Positions 11,940 through 24,098 are shown, counted from the whole stretch's first letter. The stretch: DNA of 63,845 bases, filler included, from Lama guanicoe (GCA_013239625.1; 159 parts of 159 records of this genome joined end to end with filler, not necessarily neighbours in it); one strand, 5' to 3'. The notes: a model not told the origin generated them from the sequence alone. A program made the numbers and translations.

Positions 11940-12843
11940 NNNNNNNNNNNNNNNNNNNNNNNNNNNNNNNNNNNNNNNNNNNNTTAATTAATTAANNNNN
12001 NNNNNNNNNNNNNNNNNNNNNNNNNNNNNNNNNNNNNNNAATGACACTGTGAATAGACAATCTGTATCGTTACAAACCAGAGATGAGGGAGACTTTTGTA
12101 TAGAGTTAGAATCATTCTTTCATTAATATCCCTCCTTTTTAGTACATCAAATCTTTTGGCTCATTAATGCAACGCTGCGGATTTTTGAGTGATGGTGAAA
12201 AATGGAGTAAATAAAATTATAGTGGCCCTAAGAGAATGTCTTTATAAATGCTTTAGTAATACACTTCTAACACTAGTAAAATGGGAATTGAAAAATGATT
12301 AATTTGTAATTAAGGCTTTTAGAAAGTAAAATTTTTTGACTNNNNNNNNNNNNNNNNNNNNNNNNNNNNNNNNNNNNNNNNNNNNTTAATTAATTAANNN
12401 NNNNNNNNNNNNNNNNNNNNNNNNNNNNNNNNNNNNNNNNNAGCACTTCTGCAACAGATGGGCTGACTGAATTTTTTTTAATGATGATTTTATGCCTTTG
12501 GCAGAAGTTTTAAATGTAATTTAGGAAAGAGAGAAAGCAGCACAAAGACAATTGATGCTGTTCTTTAAGGCTGAGGGAAGGACATCAAAGATGAGAGTTG
12601 TTAGTGGTCTTTGGTTGAAAATACAAAATATTTGTGAACATGTTATGAAAAGACTTGCTGTAGATATTGGTGGAATGAAGCCAGGTTTCAAATCCACATT
12701 GAATTGGGTCAGCTGCAGAAATATGAAATTCCCTGAAAAGGAANNNNNNNNNNNNNNNNNNNNNNNNNNNNNNNNNNNNNNNNNNNNTTAATTAATTAAN
12801 NNNNNNNNNNNNNNNNNNNNNNNNNNNNNNNNNNNNNNNNNNN

Positions 12844-13145
12844 AAAAAAAAATACCCTGGTCTCTTCATCAAAGAAAAGGAGAAAATAACTCTCTGAGAT
12901 TAAAGAAGTTTAACAGACTTAATTACCAAATATAATGCGTGCTTCTTGATTAGAGTCTGATTTTTAAAAAATCTTAAACTATACAAGTCGTTTTGGGAAC
13001 AAGTAGGGACATTTGAATGTTATCTGATTTTCACATGATATTAGAAAAGCGTTGTTAATTTTATTAGATGTGAAAATAGTTATGTGCGTATGTTGGAAAT
13101 GATCCTTGTGGGAGATGAGTGATGGACTGTTTAAAGATAAACTAT
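12844..13145 (+). mobile_element. L1MC-type 3' end fragment
   Basis: ttttgggaacaagtagggacatttgaatg...gatattagaaaagcgttgttaattttattagatgtgaaaatag. Confidence 0.65.
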
Positions 13146-15656
13146 NNNNNNNNNNNNNNNNNNNNNNNNNNNNNNNNNNNNNNNNNNNNTTAATTAATTA
13201 ANNNNNNNNNNNNNNNNNNNNNNNNNNNNNNNNNNNNNNNNNNNNAGGCAGAAAAGGCCACTTTGGGACAGCAGACTCTACAGGCCTCCTAAAGAAACTT
13301 CAGCCATACAGGATGTGTAAGTGGTGGCTCACGGTTGATCTGATAATTCAGTTACCAGTGGGCTCCTCGACAAAGCCCAGAGACATTTCATTTATAGTAA
13401 ACACTGGCAGCACCCATATCCCCTCATTCAAACCCCTTCAAAATGTGCTGGCATGACTTCCAACCACTAGCATCTGCATTCTTTTTCCTGAGGATTTCTC
13501 TGGCCTCTAAAATCTGCTTTGCCCACTCTTAGAGGAGGCCAGAAATGNNNNNNNNNNNNNNNNNNNNNNNNNNNNNNNNNNNNNNNNNNNNTTAATTAAT
13601 TAANNNNNNNNNNNNNNNNNNNNNNNNNNNNNNNNNNNNNNNNNNNNAACCTCTCTGGCTTCCTCTTCACTTCCCTCCCAGAAGGCTCCAGATCCAACAG
13701 GCAAGTCTCTCAAATTCACCGTCCCCTTTTCTTTCCATTGCCCCACTCACTGCTTTAGTTCTGGTTTCGCAAAAGTTTAGCTCACCCTCTCCCCTACTGA
13801 TGATTTAAACAGCCTCCAAGCAAGTCCGCCGCCTCTCACGTCTCATTCCACCTTCCCCTCATCACACACTGGGTCATCCTAAGCCAGGTCTCGCTGGACA
13901 TGCTCTCGGGTAGACACTGGGCAAATTGCATGCACTCTCTCATCCAAGGNNNNNNNNNNNNNNNNNNNNNNNNNNNNNNNNNNNNNNNNNNNNTTAATTA
14001 ATTAANNNNNNNNNNNNNNNNNNNNNNNNNNNNNNNNNNNNNNNNNNNNATGACTCTGCCCATTTACTTTTACTATCATGGACAGAAAAATGATAACTCA
14101 AAGAATTAAAAAGAATGTTTTATGTTATCATATATTTACATAGAATATAATAATAACTGTTACTAAAATCGTTATTAAAATTAACACTAATCACCCATCT
14201 TACTGAGAGTTTATGATAGAAATACTCTCATTTCTTTCTCTCTCTCTTTTACAGAGGATATGGAGCTGAGAAAACGACAGAGAGGTCACTACTGGAATTA
14301 CATACTACATCCTGAATGAGGATGTAATTTTTATATCAGGCGTCAATGGTCNNNNNNNNNNNNNNNNNNNNNNNNNNNNNNNNNNNNNNNNNNNNTTAAT
14401 TAATTAANNNNNNNNNNNNNNNNNNNNNNNNNNNNNNNNNNNNNNNNNNNNCCAGAATATTAAAATTCCTTCCAAAATAAGATGATAAGCAGGAGCCTGG
14501 GAGTGAATCAAAAACAAGAGCAAAACAAAAACAAGAAATGAAATAAACATTTCCAAAACCCGCACATAAAACTTAACGCACCTGCGTATACTGCTGCCTT
14601 TAACCTATGTATTACTTCTTAAAATTAACTTTCAAAGTTCACTTTATTTCTACTCATTCCTTTTCCCATTTCTAACAGAAATCAATTTCTCCTAATGTGA
14701 AAAATCTCTAAAGCTACAGCTTTAGGAATAAAAATAAATTTTTAAAAAGAATCNNNNNNNNNNNNNNNNNNNNNNNNNNNNNNNNNNNNNNNNNNNNTTA
14801 ATTAATTAANNNNNNNNNNNNNNNNNNNNNNNNNNNNNNNNNNNNNNNNNNNNTGAACTTTGACAGAACATCGCCTTCTTCAAAAGACAAAATACGCCAC
14901 GAATCTGGTAGGAGAAAAGGCAAAGAGAAGGAAGAAAAAGGAAAATAGTGTGGGACTGGTCCCGCAGGGAAGGAGCGGCAAAGGAGAAACAGCACTCAAG
15001 GATATTTAAGGAAGGACAAATCAGACATCCTTCTTTGCTAAAGTAAGTCTCAGCAAAACGTAACCAGGACACCTAACTTGGAGCAATGATGTGATATCAT
15101 GTGGTATTTTTCTTTCTCTGCCTGGCTTACTTCACTTAGTATGACAATCTCCAGNNNNNNNNNNNNNNNNNNNNNNNNNNNNNNNNNNNNNNNNNNNNTT
15201 AATTAATTAANNNNNNNNNNNNNNNNNNNNNNNNNNNNNNNNNNNNNNNNNNNNCGGAGCAATTAGGCTGTGAATGCAGTCGCCACATGCTCCAGGAAAG
15301 AGCTCCGTGCCCACAGCACTCACAGAGGCCTCGGGAGCACGGGTCATGCTGGACTGGGCTTCTTTCTCCACTCCATCGTTTTCCCCGCGCTCTGCTGGGA
15401 GCTCCTGGAGGGCAGGGGGTTGGCTCTCTGTCCTCTCAATCCCAGCACTAGCCTGAGGCCCCGGGTAAGTCATGTCCCATCCCCTTGTGGCCGGCTTGCG
15501 ACTGCTCTGACCGGAAAAGTACAGACAACGTGAAGCCCATGACTTCTAAGGTTAGGNNNNNNNNNNNNNNNNNNNNNNNNNNNNNNNNNNNNNNNNNNNN
15601 TTAATTAATTAANNNNNNNNNNNNNNNNNNNNNNNNNNNNNNNNNNNNNNNNNNNN

Positions 15657-15930
15657 AAAAAATCTATTAAAGAATTTAATAAACAAGAAAGAGTTCTTGA
15701 AAATTAAAAAGTGAAAAAGTTGAAATAAATTCAGTAGGACAACCGGAAGATAATATGAATTTGGCCAAGAGTAAAACAAAAAGACTAGGAGATGGCAAAT
15801 TAGAAAGAAAAGAAAAGAAAGAGAAAAAATTCAGAGGGCTAATATCTAACTGATATCCTTCCCAGAAAGAAAGTGCAGGAAAAAAACAAAGAGTCAAAAT
15901 CATCAAAGAAAAAATACAGGTACCGTGTGT
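15657..15930 (+). mobile_element. Old L1/HAL1 ORF1-like fragment
   Basis: A-rich, with ggctaatatctaactgata...ttcccagaaaga...aaaatcatcaaagaaaaaataca. Confidence 0.5.
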
Positions 15931-16112
15931 CCCAGCAATTCAATTCTGAGGTCTAAACNNNNNNNNNNNNNNNNNNNNNNNNNNNNNNNNNNNNNNNNNN
16001 NNTTAATTAATTAANNNNNNNNNNNNNNNNNNNNNNNNNNNNNNNNNNNNNNNNNNNNATATATATATATGTATATATAAATTTTCTATTTACTCGAATA
16101 AATTAATTTTAG

Positions 16113-16267
16113 TTGTTTGAGAAACCATAATGAGCCTGAAAGAGCTACTTTGGCCTCCGGCATAAATACTTCATCAGGCTGTCCTGCCAGGTGCCTTTGG
16201 AACAGACTCACTGTAGTAAATCGCATTGAGACAGGCTCCACTGACGTGGAAGGCGATGGTGGCCCAG
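16113..16267 (+). CDS. Candidate internal exon, gene not recognised
   Basis: aattttag acceptor and CAG|gtaagg donor. One frame is open: CLRNHNEPERATLASGINTSSGCPARCLWNRLTVVNRIETGSTDVEGDGGP. Confidence 0.4.
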
Positions 16268-18068
16268 GTAAGGACAGTTGATCATCTTACTCTCCATTCT
16301 GGAAACTTCAGGAGTTTGCACGATCAGACTTGCCTACTCATGAAATTAGACCCCCCAGGANNNNNNNNNNNNNNNNNNNNNNNNNNNNNNNNNNNNNNNN
16401 NNNNTTAATTAATTAANNNNNNNNNNNNNNNNNNNNNNNNNNNNNNNNNNNNNNNNNNNNCTGAAGGGCTGAACTCGGGGGTCACAGGTAGTTGGGGCGA
16501 GGGGCGCTCTGGCTCTGAGGAACCCACCAAAGCATCCTCTGAGAGAAAGAGCAAGTAATCGGGCATCTGTCATTAACGGATGCTGGCACCAGACTCCAAC
16601 TTGGCCCGTCCACTTCTCCTGCCCTCTGGACCCTCTTCCTTCCACCCTGGCCTTTGATCGAGGACCAGCCACACACAGCAGTGAGTGTGGGAAAGGAGGC
16701 GCCACAATGACCCGAGAATTGGATTTGCCCCCTTTCACCACTCAGGCTCCAGAGCCCAGGATNNNNNNNNNNNNNNNNNNNNNNNNNNNNNNNNNNNNNN
16801 NNNNNNTTAATTAATTAANNNNNNNNNNNNNNNNNNNNNNNNNNNNNNNNNNNNNNNNNNNNAGCCAAATCCAACAAGAAAGACATACCCCCTTAGGTTT
16901 ATTTTTATTTTCTATTCTGATAATACATTGATTTTTGAAAGCTATGACAACCTTGCATTCCTGGAATAAACTTCAGTAGGTGATGATGAATGATCAATCA
17001 TACATGTTAAATTGGATTCAACAGTCTGAATTTATTTGTAATTTTTGCATCCATTTTCATGAAAGTTATCAGTCTGTAGTTTTTGTTGTTATAATGTTTG
17101 CGACAGCTTTTGTCATGAAGACAAGGCTGCCCTCATAAGTTGGAAAGCAAGTATTCATTCCCTCNNNNNNNNNNNNNNNNNNNNNNNNNNNNNNNNNNNN
17201 NNNNNNNNTTAATTAATTAANNNNNNNNNNNNNNNNNNNNNNNNNNNNNNNNNNNNNNNNNNNNCCCCACACGTGGCTGGGGACCCACTTCACGGCAGAT
17301 CTCATTGTATGCCTTCAGGCGCTGTTTTCAAACCAGATTCATTTCTTCCTCCCAAACAGTGCATGTCCCCAAATCAGATTAGTTCCGTTTAGAATTAAGT
17401 CTTGGGGCGGGGGGGCTCAGCCATGGAGTGAGTAGCGGTATTTGGCATCCTGCCTTGATAAGCCACAGAGCCCTCCAGGACACAGCGGACACTTCAAGGC
17501 CGGTGCCCTTCCAAATTGCTCCACTTGGTAACTGTCACATTTTTTTTATTTTCCTAACCATTGAAANNNNNNNNNNNNNNNNNNNNNNNNNNNNNNNNNN
17601 NNNNNNNNNNTTAATTAATTAANNNNNNNNNNNNNNNNNNNNNNNNNNNNNNNNNNNNNNNNNNNNAAAAGACCAAATAACAGAGACAGAGGATGAGTGA
17701 TTGCCAGGGGCTGGTGGGGGTGGAAGAGTAGGAGATGGAGAGTCTCCTAACACCGGTACTTGCAGCTCTGCTGACGAGTCTGCTTATTTTCAGTCTGGTC
17801 CATTTCCAGTCATCGTCCAGTAAGTACTTCCTTGAATGTTCTTTCCAAAGTGTAAGTCTATTTATGGCAGGCCTCAGTCGAAAACCCTTTGGTAACACTT
17901 GCGTTTCAGGATAAACTGTGAATTCCTTAGCTCAGCACATGACATTCTTTTTGATCTGGCCTGTCCCTNNNNNNNNNNNNNNNNNNNNNNNNNNNNNNNN
18001 NNNNNNNNNNNNTTAATTAATTAANNNNNNNNNNNNNNNNNNNNNNNNNNNNNNNNNNNNNNNNNNNN

Positions 18069-18370
18069 CCCACGTCATCTTCCCAAGGCAACGTGATCTC
18101 CCCCAGCTGGCATCATCCCTCCAAAACAGCATCATCTCTCCAAGCCCACATCTCCCAAGCCTGCAGTATCTCCCCAAGTCCACATGATTTCCAAAAGCCA
18201 CATCCACATCATCTCCCCCAGCCCGCATCATCGCCCCAGCCACATCTCCCCAAGCCCACATCATCTCCCCAAGCCCGCATCATGTCTGAAGCCTGCATCA
18301 TATCCACAAGCCCACATCTCCCCAAGCCCACATCATGTCCTCAAGGTGACATCATGTCCCGGAGCACACA
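18069..18370. repeat. Degenerate C-rich minisatellite, about 16-19-bp unit (cccaagcccacatcatctc)
   Basis: The unit recurs through the whole contig. Confidence 0.9.
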
Positions 18371-18872
18371 NNNNNNNNNNNNNNNNNNNNNNNNNNNNNN
18401 NNNNNNNNNNNNNNTTAATTAATTAANNNNNNNNNNNNNNNNNNNNNNNNNNNNNNNNNNNNNNNNNNNNAAAAAAAACCTTATGAATGTGTCCAGTGCC
18501 AAAAATCCACACAAGTCTTTAGGTTTAAACTCTCAAAAGCTCAGAGAACTGCAATCCACTGCTGAAAGTTGACTTTTTCTCTGTTGCTGGGGACTTACGA
18601 ATTTTGACAGTAGAGTTTCAGAAACTGTTCAGCTATTTTTAAACCATGACATGCTCATTCTCATCTTAAAGTTTATTTTGGATATTTCTACCAGGTGAGT
18701 CAGAGAAACCTGGATGAGATGTTTGTGACTAAATGACTGTAAAACTTTAGCAAGTTACCTAAGCTCCGCACANNNNNNNNNNNNNNNNNNNNNNNNNNNN
18801 NNNNNNNNNNNNNNNNTTAATTAATTAANNNNNNNNNNNNNNNNNNNNNNNNNNNNNNNNNNNNNNNNNNNN

Positions 18873-19174
18873 TTCTGAGTCAATAGGGCTGAGAGCTAAT
18901 GTGCACTTCACAAATACTGCTAGGAAGGGGCTCGGGGCATGAGTTGGAAAGATATTTCTCTTTCACTAAAAGATATACCATAATAATTCATTTCTCTTAT
19001 ATGAATCTTAAAGACAGACACTCCCAGATTAAAGATGGACCTAAAAACACATAACTATGCATTTTAAGTCAGATCAGCCCAAATCATAAACAGTTCTTGA
19101 ACACCTATTTTGAGCCCGGCACTACGCTGTGCTGTCTAGGAGAAAGGAAGAAACATGACACATAATTATGCTCT
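18873..19174 (+). repeat. Contig duplicated at 11236-11537 (bubble arm B)
   Basis: Same start (ttctgagtcaat) and end (attatgctct), with 6 substitutions. Confidence 0.97.
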
Positions 19175-21024
19175 NNNNNNNNNNNNNNNNNNNNNNNNNN
19201 NNNNNNNNNNNNNNNNNNTTAATTAATTAANNNNNNNNNNNNNNNNNNNNNNNNNNNNNNNNNNNNNNNNNNNNGTGTTACTTAGTTTTACCCAGTTTGA
19301 TGATTTGGGCTGTGATGGAAATGTGTCATATTAAAACTCCACTTTTCCCTCATAGCTAAGTGAGTGAAAAACACTGAGGTACAAAATTCACAGGAAAAGT
19401 CAGAGTTACCCGAAAAATTATAACCAAAGAAATGCCCTTATCTATTTGATTAAGTCTCTCATCTTTTTTATCCAGTCCTCATTCTCTGAAGGAATTAAAC
19501 AGCAATGGTAGGAGGGACTTTTTATATTTATCCAAAAAAGAATATTAACCTTGGTATCCAATGATATGCAGGGATANNNNNNNNNNNNNNNNNNNNNNNN
19601 NNNNNNNNNNNNNNNNNNNNTTAATTAATTAANNNNNNNNNNNNNNNNNNNNNNNNNNNNNNNNNNNNNNNNNNNNCAAACGTGGATCAGACTGTCCCTG
19701 TCTCCCTTCAGTTTCCACACCACAGGGCAAAAAGGGAGGTTCCGAATAAGGAGAGATCCCTTCTCATCTGGGAGACAGGGTGTGATCAGGGATGGTTTCA
19801 CTGCAGAATTAACATTTCAATTACATCTAGGAGGGCACAGGAGACTTTGAGTAGGAGAAACAGACAGAGGCCATCTAAGAGCAGGGTGTGGCAAAAGCAA
19901 ACAGGTGGCTGAGAAGCACAGAAAGTACTGAGCACAACCTCCAAGGCAGGCAGAAATGGGAAGTAAAACTGGGGGATANNNNNNNNNNNNNNNNNNNNNN
20001 NNNNNNNNNNNNNNNNNNNNNNTTAATTAATTAANNNNNNNNNNNNNNNNNNNNNNNNNNNNNNNNNNNNNNNNNNNNTTGGCAGGTTGTCTCTGGACAT
20101 CGCAACCTCAACCTTCTCTACCAAGATTGTCAGAGAAGGCCAAGGAGGGAGTCAGACCTGAGGGTTGATCAGTTAGTAACAAGTCCTGTTCCATCTGTGG
20201 TGTCAATGGAGACAGCATGGGGAACCTGAACTTCCAGCCCCAGCTGGCAGTAAGGAGGCCACAGATTATGCATACTGATGTAAAACATAAAATGATAAAA
20301 ATTTTACAAAAAGGGTCATCAGAGAAATTCATTGGGATCTCAGAGTAGGCACAGGTTTTCTAGACTTGACACCAAAACCANNNNNNNNNNNNNNNNNNNN
20401 NNNNNNNNNNNNNNNNNNNNNNNNTTAATTAATTAANNNNNNNNNNNNNNNNNNNNNNNNNNNNNNNNNNNNNNNNNNNNTTCTCATCAAGCAAGATTGA
20501 GATTTGGTATTAAATAAATGATACTACATTCTCCAAAGGAATTTGTGAATGAGGGGGCTGGAAATAGAAGACCTATCTGATCCTTAGATATAATGAAGTT
20601 CTGAATCCCAAAGGAAGTTGGAACCAGAGATTAAAAGATGGGAACTGAATATAATAGGAAACCTAATTTGTCCATAGTCAAAGGGCTTATGAATGGTAGA
20701 GTGTGAATTGAATCCAAATCTACAGAGATGTAAAGTCTGGTTCTTTTCTGTTCTACCACTGGATGAAGATATAATGAGTTCTNNNNNNNNNNNNNNNNNN
20801 NNNNNNNNNNNNNNNNNNNNNNNNNNTTAATTAATTAANNNNNNNNNNNNNNNNNNNNNNNNNNNNNNNNNNNNNNNNNNNNTGTTGAGTGAACATGCCT
20901 GTTGAGGAATCTAACGTGCATTTCATTTTCCTTTTCCTCCTTGCCCTTACTGACCTGATTTATCCTCCCAAATAATGCCAGGATTTTGATGTTTACCTGA
21001 GGCTTTGTTTCAGAGAGGACTTGG

Positions 21025-21184
21025 ACTTAGACATTTGTATTAAATATGAGATGCCCGTTAGACATCTAACTGGAGATATCAAGTAGGTAGCCATAAGGTC
21101 AGAGCTGCAATTACACATTTCTGAGTCATAGATGGCATTTAAAACCATGGGAGTGGGTGAAATGACAGAAAAAGAGTGTATAGA
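21025..21184 (-). mobile_element. LINE-2 fragment
   Basis: tgagatgcccgttagacatctaactggagatatcaagtagg is antisense L2. Confidence 0.7.
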
Positions 21185-21401
21185 NNNNNNNNNNNNNNNN
21201 NNNNNNNNNNNNNNNNNNNNNNNNNNNNTTAATTAATTAANNNNNNNNNNNNNNNNNNNNNNNNNNNNNNNNNNNNNNNNNNNNGGGGAAGCAAGGGGGC
21301 CTCCCAGAGTCACCCAGGAACTCAGTGAATTTAAAGTCCAGTTTGTTTCCACCCATGTTACATCTATTTTAAATGCTCAGCTCAAAGATCACTATTGTTA
21401 C

Positions 21402-21485
21402 CTCCTCAGGTGCATAGGTGCCAAATCCCAGCACAGGAATGAAGTGGCCGTCATTAAGCTCCCGACGCTGATGTTTGGGATCCAT
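21402..21485 (-). CDS. AKR1C: Aldo-keto reductase 1C family (hydroxysteroid dehydrogenase / PGF synthase-like) coding exon 1; paralogue undetermined
   Basis: ATG at 21485, 84 bp = [28 protein letters not shown], then donor GAG|gtaaca. Absent from the ORF track because it is short. Confidence 0.92.
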
Positions 21486-21536
21486 TGCCTGTGGCTCCTC
21501 TGACTGAGCAGACTGTGATTTCTGCTGCACTCACAG

Positions 21537-21580
21537 TTTATAAATAACAGGAAGGTACCACCCCAACTGCACCGTCCAAT
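21537..21580 (-). promoter_or_regulatory. AKR1C core promoter: TATA-like box and inverted CCAAT box
   Basis: TATTTATAAA on minus at 21537-21546, about 50 bp upstream of the ATG. ccaat at 21576-21580. Confidence 0.6.
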
Positions 21581-21854
21581 TGTTAGNNNNNNNNNNNNNN
21601 NNNNNNNNNNNNNNNNNNNNNNNNNNNNNNTTAATTAATTAANNNNNNNNNNNNNNNNNNNNNNNNNNNNNNNNNNNNNNNNNNNNGGGAACAGGTGTTC
21701 TTGTGCCCAGGTGCTGCTTCACCATGCTTGGAGGGCATTTACAGTAGGATGAACAATCAAAATACATACATATTTATCAATTCACTTACATATTTATTGT
21801 TCAATCAATAGCTATTTTCCAAGCATGTTGGACACTGAGGGCAAGGGAACAGAC

Positions 21855-21988
21855 AATTAATTCATTTGACAAATACACATTGAGCACTTACTATGTGCCA
21901 GGCTCTGTGTTATGGGCTGGGGATCAGAGGTGAGTAAGGCTAACAAGCTTCCTTCCTTCACGCAGCCTGCATTCTGTTGGGGAAGACA
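21855..21988 (-). mobile_element. LINE-2 3' end
   Basis: ttcatttgacaaatacacattgagcacttactatgtgccaggctctgtg. Confidence 0.75.
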
Positions 21989-22114
21989 NNNNNNNNNNNN
22001 NNNNNNNNNNNNNNNNNNNNNNNNNNNNNNNNTTAATTAATTAANNNNNNNNNNNNNNNNNNNNNNNNNNNNNNNNNNNNNNNNNNNNGAAGTTTGCAAC
22101 TGAAAGGACATTAG

Positions 22115-22247
22115 CAGTGACTGGAGGAGGAGCTGTTACTGGCTTCTGGTGGGTAGATGCCAAAGATGCTGCTAATCATCATATACTGTACAGGGTGGCT
22201 CCCTACAACCAAGAATTATCCTTCCCAAAATATCAACAGGGCCAAGG
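22115..22247 (+). mobile_element. MER20 (hAT-Charlie) fragment
   Basis: tactggcttctggtgggtagatgccaaagatgctgctaatcatc...acaaccaagaattatccttcccaaaatatcaacagggccaagg. Confidence 0.8.
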
Positions 22248-22390
22248 AGACTTTAGCCTGATAATTTTTTTTGTTGCAGATGGCTGTCTTGTATGTAATT
22301 TGGTTAGCCACACCCAGGCCTCTATGCAGTAGATTGTATTTGCATTCCCTCTTCCAGTTATGACAACAAAAATATCTGCAGATATTAATG
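22248..22390 (-). mobile_element. Second MER20 fragment, inverted relative to the first
   Basis: gataatttttt...gttgcagatggctgtcttgt...ccaggcctctatgcagtagat...ccagttatgacaacaaaaatatctgcagatatt matches antisense MER20. Confidence 0.7.
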
Positions 22391-22892
22391 NNNNNNNNNN
22401 NNNNNNNNNNNNNNNNNNNNNNNNNNNNNNNNNNTTAATTAATTAANNNNNNNNNNNNNNNNNNNNNNNNNNNNNNNNNNNNNNNNNNNNCCAAGGGGCA
22501 AAAGTACCCCCAGTTAAGAAGAATTGACATATACACATATGAATCCATAGAAAACGTATCTTAAGGGAATTTCAGTTAAACACAGATACAAAAGATATTT
22601 TATAAAAGCTCACTCAACTCCAGCCCAATTCCCTTTTAATGTTCCTTACTGCATGTTAGTGCATGGAAACCTAAAACCATATTTCCAAGACTCATTACAG
22701 TTCAGATTCTGCAAGTTTTCTACATTAAACCAGGCCAAAGCAGCAACGTTTGATAGTAAAGGCAAAGAAAATATCAAGCAGATATTTAACTCNNNNNNNN
22801 NNNNNNNNNNNNNNNNNNNNNNNNNNNNNNNNNNNNTTAATTAATTAANNNNNNNNNNNNNNNNNNNNNNNNNNNNNNNNNNNNNNNNNNNN

Positions 22893-23062
22893 AAGGTCAT
22901 AGTGTGTATATAGCACACGGAACTATAGTCAATATCTTGTAATAACCTGTATTGAAAAAGAAGATGATAAGGAATATATATTTATGTGTGTAAATGAATC
23001 ACTGAGCTGTACACCAGAAGCAACGCAGCGTTGCAAATCGACTATACTTCAATGAAAAAAAA
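22893..23062 (+). mobile_element. Artiodactyl-type L1 3' end with A tail
   Basis: tatagcacacggaactatagtcaatatcttgtaataacct...ctgtacaccagaagcaacgcagcgttgcaaatcgactatacttcaat. Confidence 0.85.
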
Positions 23063-23696
23063 TACTGTCTTGGAAAGAGAAATGGGTAGCTACATGTGAA
23101 ATAAGCCAATACTTTGACAGACAGATGGACAGTCTGCCTGGGTATTGATTTATTAGGAGTATAGTAGGTTTGGATACTCATTTTTTGTAGCAAANNNNNN
23201 NNNNNNNNNNNNNNNNNNNNNNNNNNNNNNNNNNNNNNTTAATTAATTAANNNNNNNNNNNNNNNNNNNNNNNNNNNNNNNNNNNNNNNNNNNNTAAGAG
23301 TAAAGATATAGACAAATATCCCAAAAGCCATAGAGAAAAAAAACATAGATTACCTGCAAAGAATTCAATATGACTATCAAGTGATTTTTCTGGAAGCTAC
23401 AAGATAACATAATACTATCCTCCAAACATACTAAGAGAAAATGACTATGAGACCATAATTGTGCAAATAGTAAGTCCATCATACAAAAAGATATTGAAGT
23501 AAAGACATTTTCTGACAGAAATATTCTTAGAATGGTACTACTGCTCAGTTTTTCATAAATGAATTTTTGAAAAGATTCTTTGAGGAAAAAAAGAAANNNN
23601 NNNNNNNNNNNNNNNNNNNNNNNNNNNNNNNNNNNNNNNNTTAATTAATTAANNNNNNNNNNNNNNNNNNNNNNNNNNNNNNNNNNNNNNNNNNNN

Positions 23697-23918
23697 TCAG
23701 ATGATGGTTAGCATTTTTTAGCAATAAAGTATTTTTCAATTAAAGTATGTACATTTTTAAGACAATGTTATTGCACACTTAATAAGCTACAGTGTAGTGC
23801 AAACATAACTTTTATTTGCACTGGGAAACCCCAAAATTTGTGTGACTTACTTTAGTGCAATACTCGCTTTGTTATGATAGCAGGGAATCAAACCTGCAGT
23901 GTCTCTGAGGTCTGCCTG
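23697..23918 (+). mobile_element. Tigger1 (TcMar) 3' end including TIR
   Basis: tcagatgatggttagcattttttagcaataaagtatttt...gcactgggaaacc...tctctgaggtctgcctg. Confidence 0.85.
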
Positions 23919-24098
23919 GATAAGTGCCCGAGGAAATCCCTTGCTCTCTAAAATGTTTCATGGGAGAGATCTGGCTAATGAGTTCTTTCTTCACCCTTNN
24001 NNNNNNNNNNNNNNNNNNNNNNNNNNNNNNNNNNNNNNNNNNTTAATTAATTAANNNNNNNNNNNNNNNNNNNNNNNNNNNNNNNNNNNNNNNNNNNN

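Noticed and set aside
14255..14351. Possible terminal exon after a strong pyrimidine tract (ctctctcttttacag)
   Set aside because: All frames stop within about 22 codons, no peptide is recognised, and the tract may be a simple (CT)n repeat.
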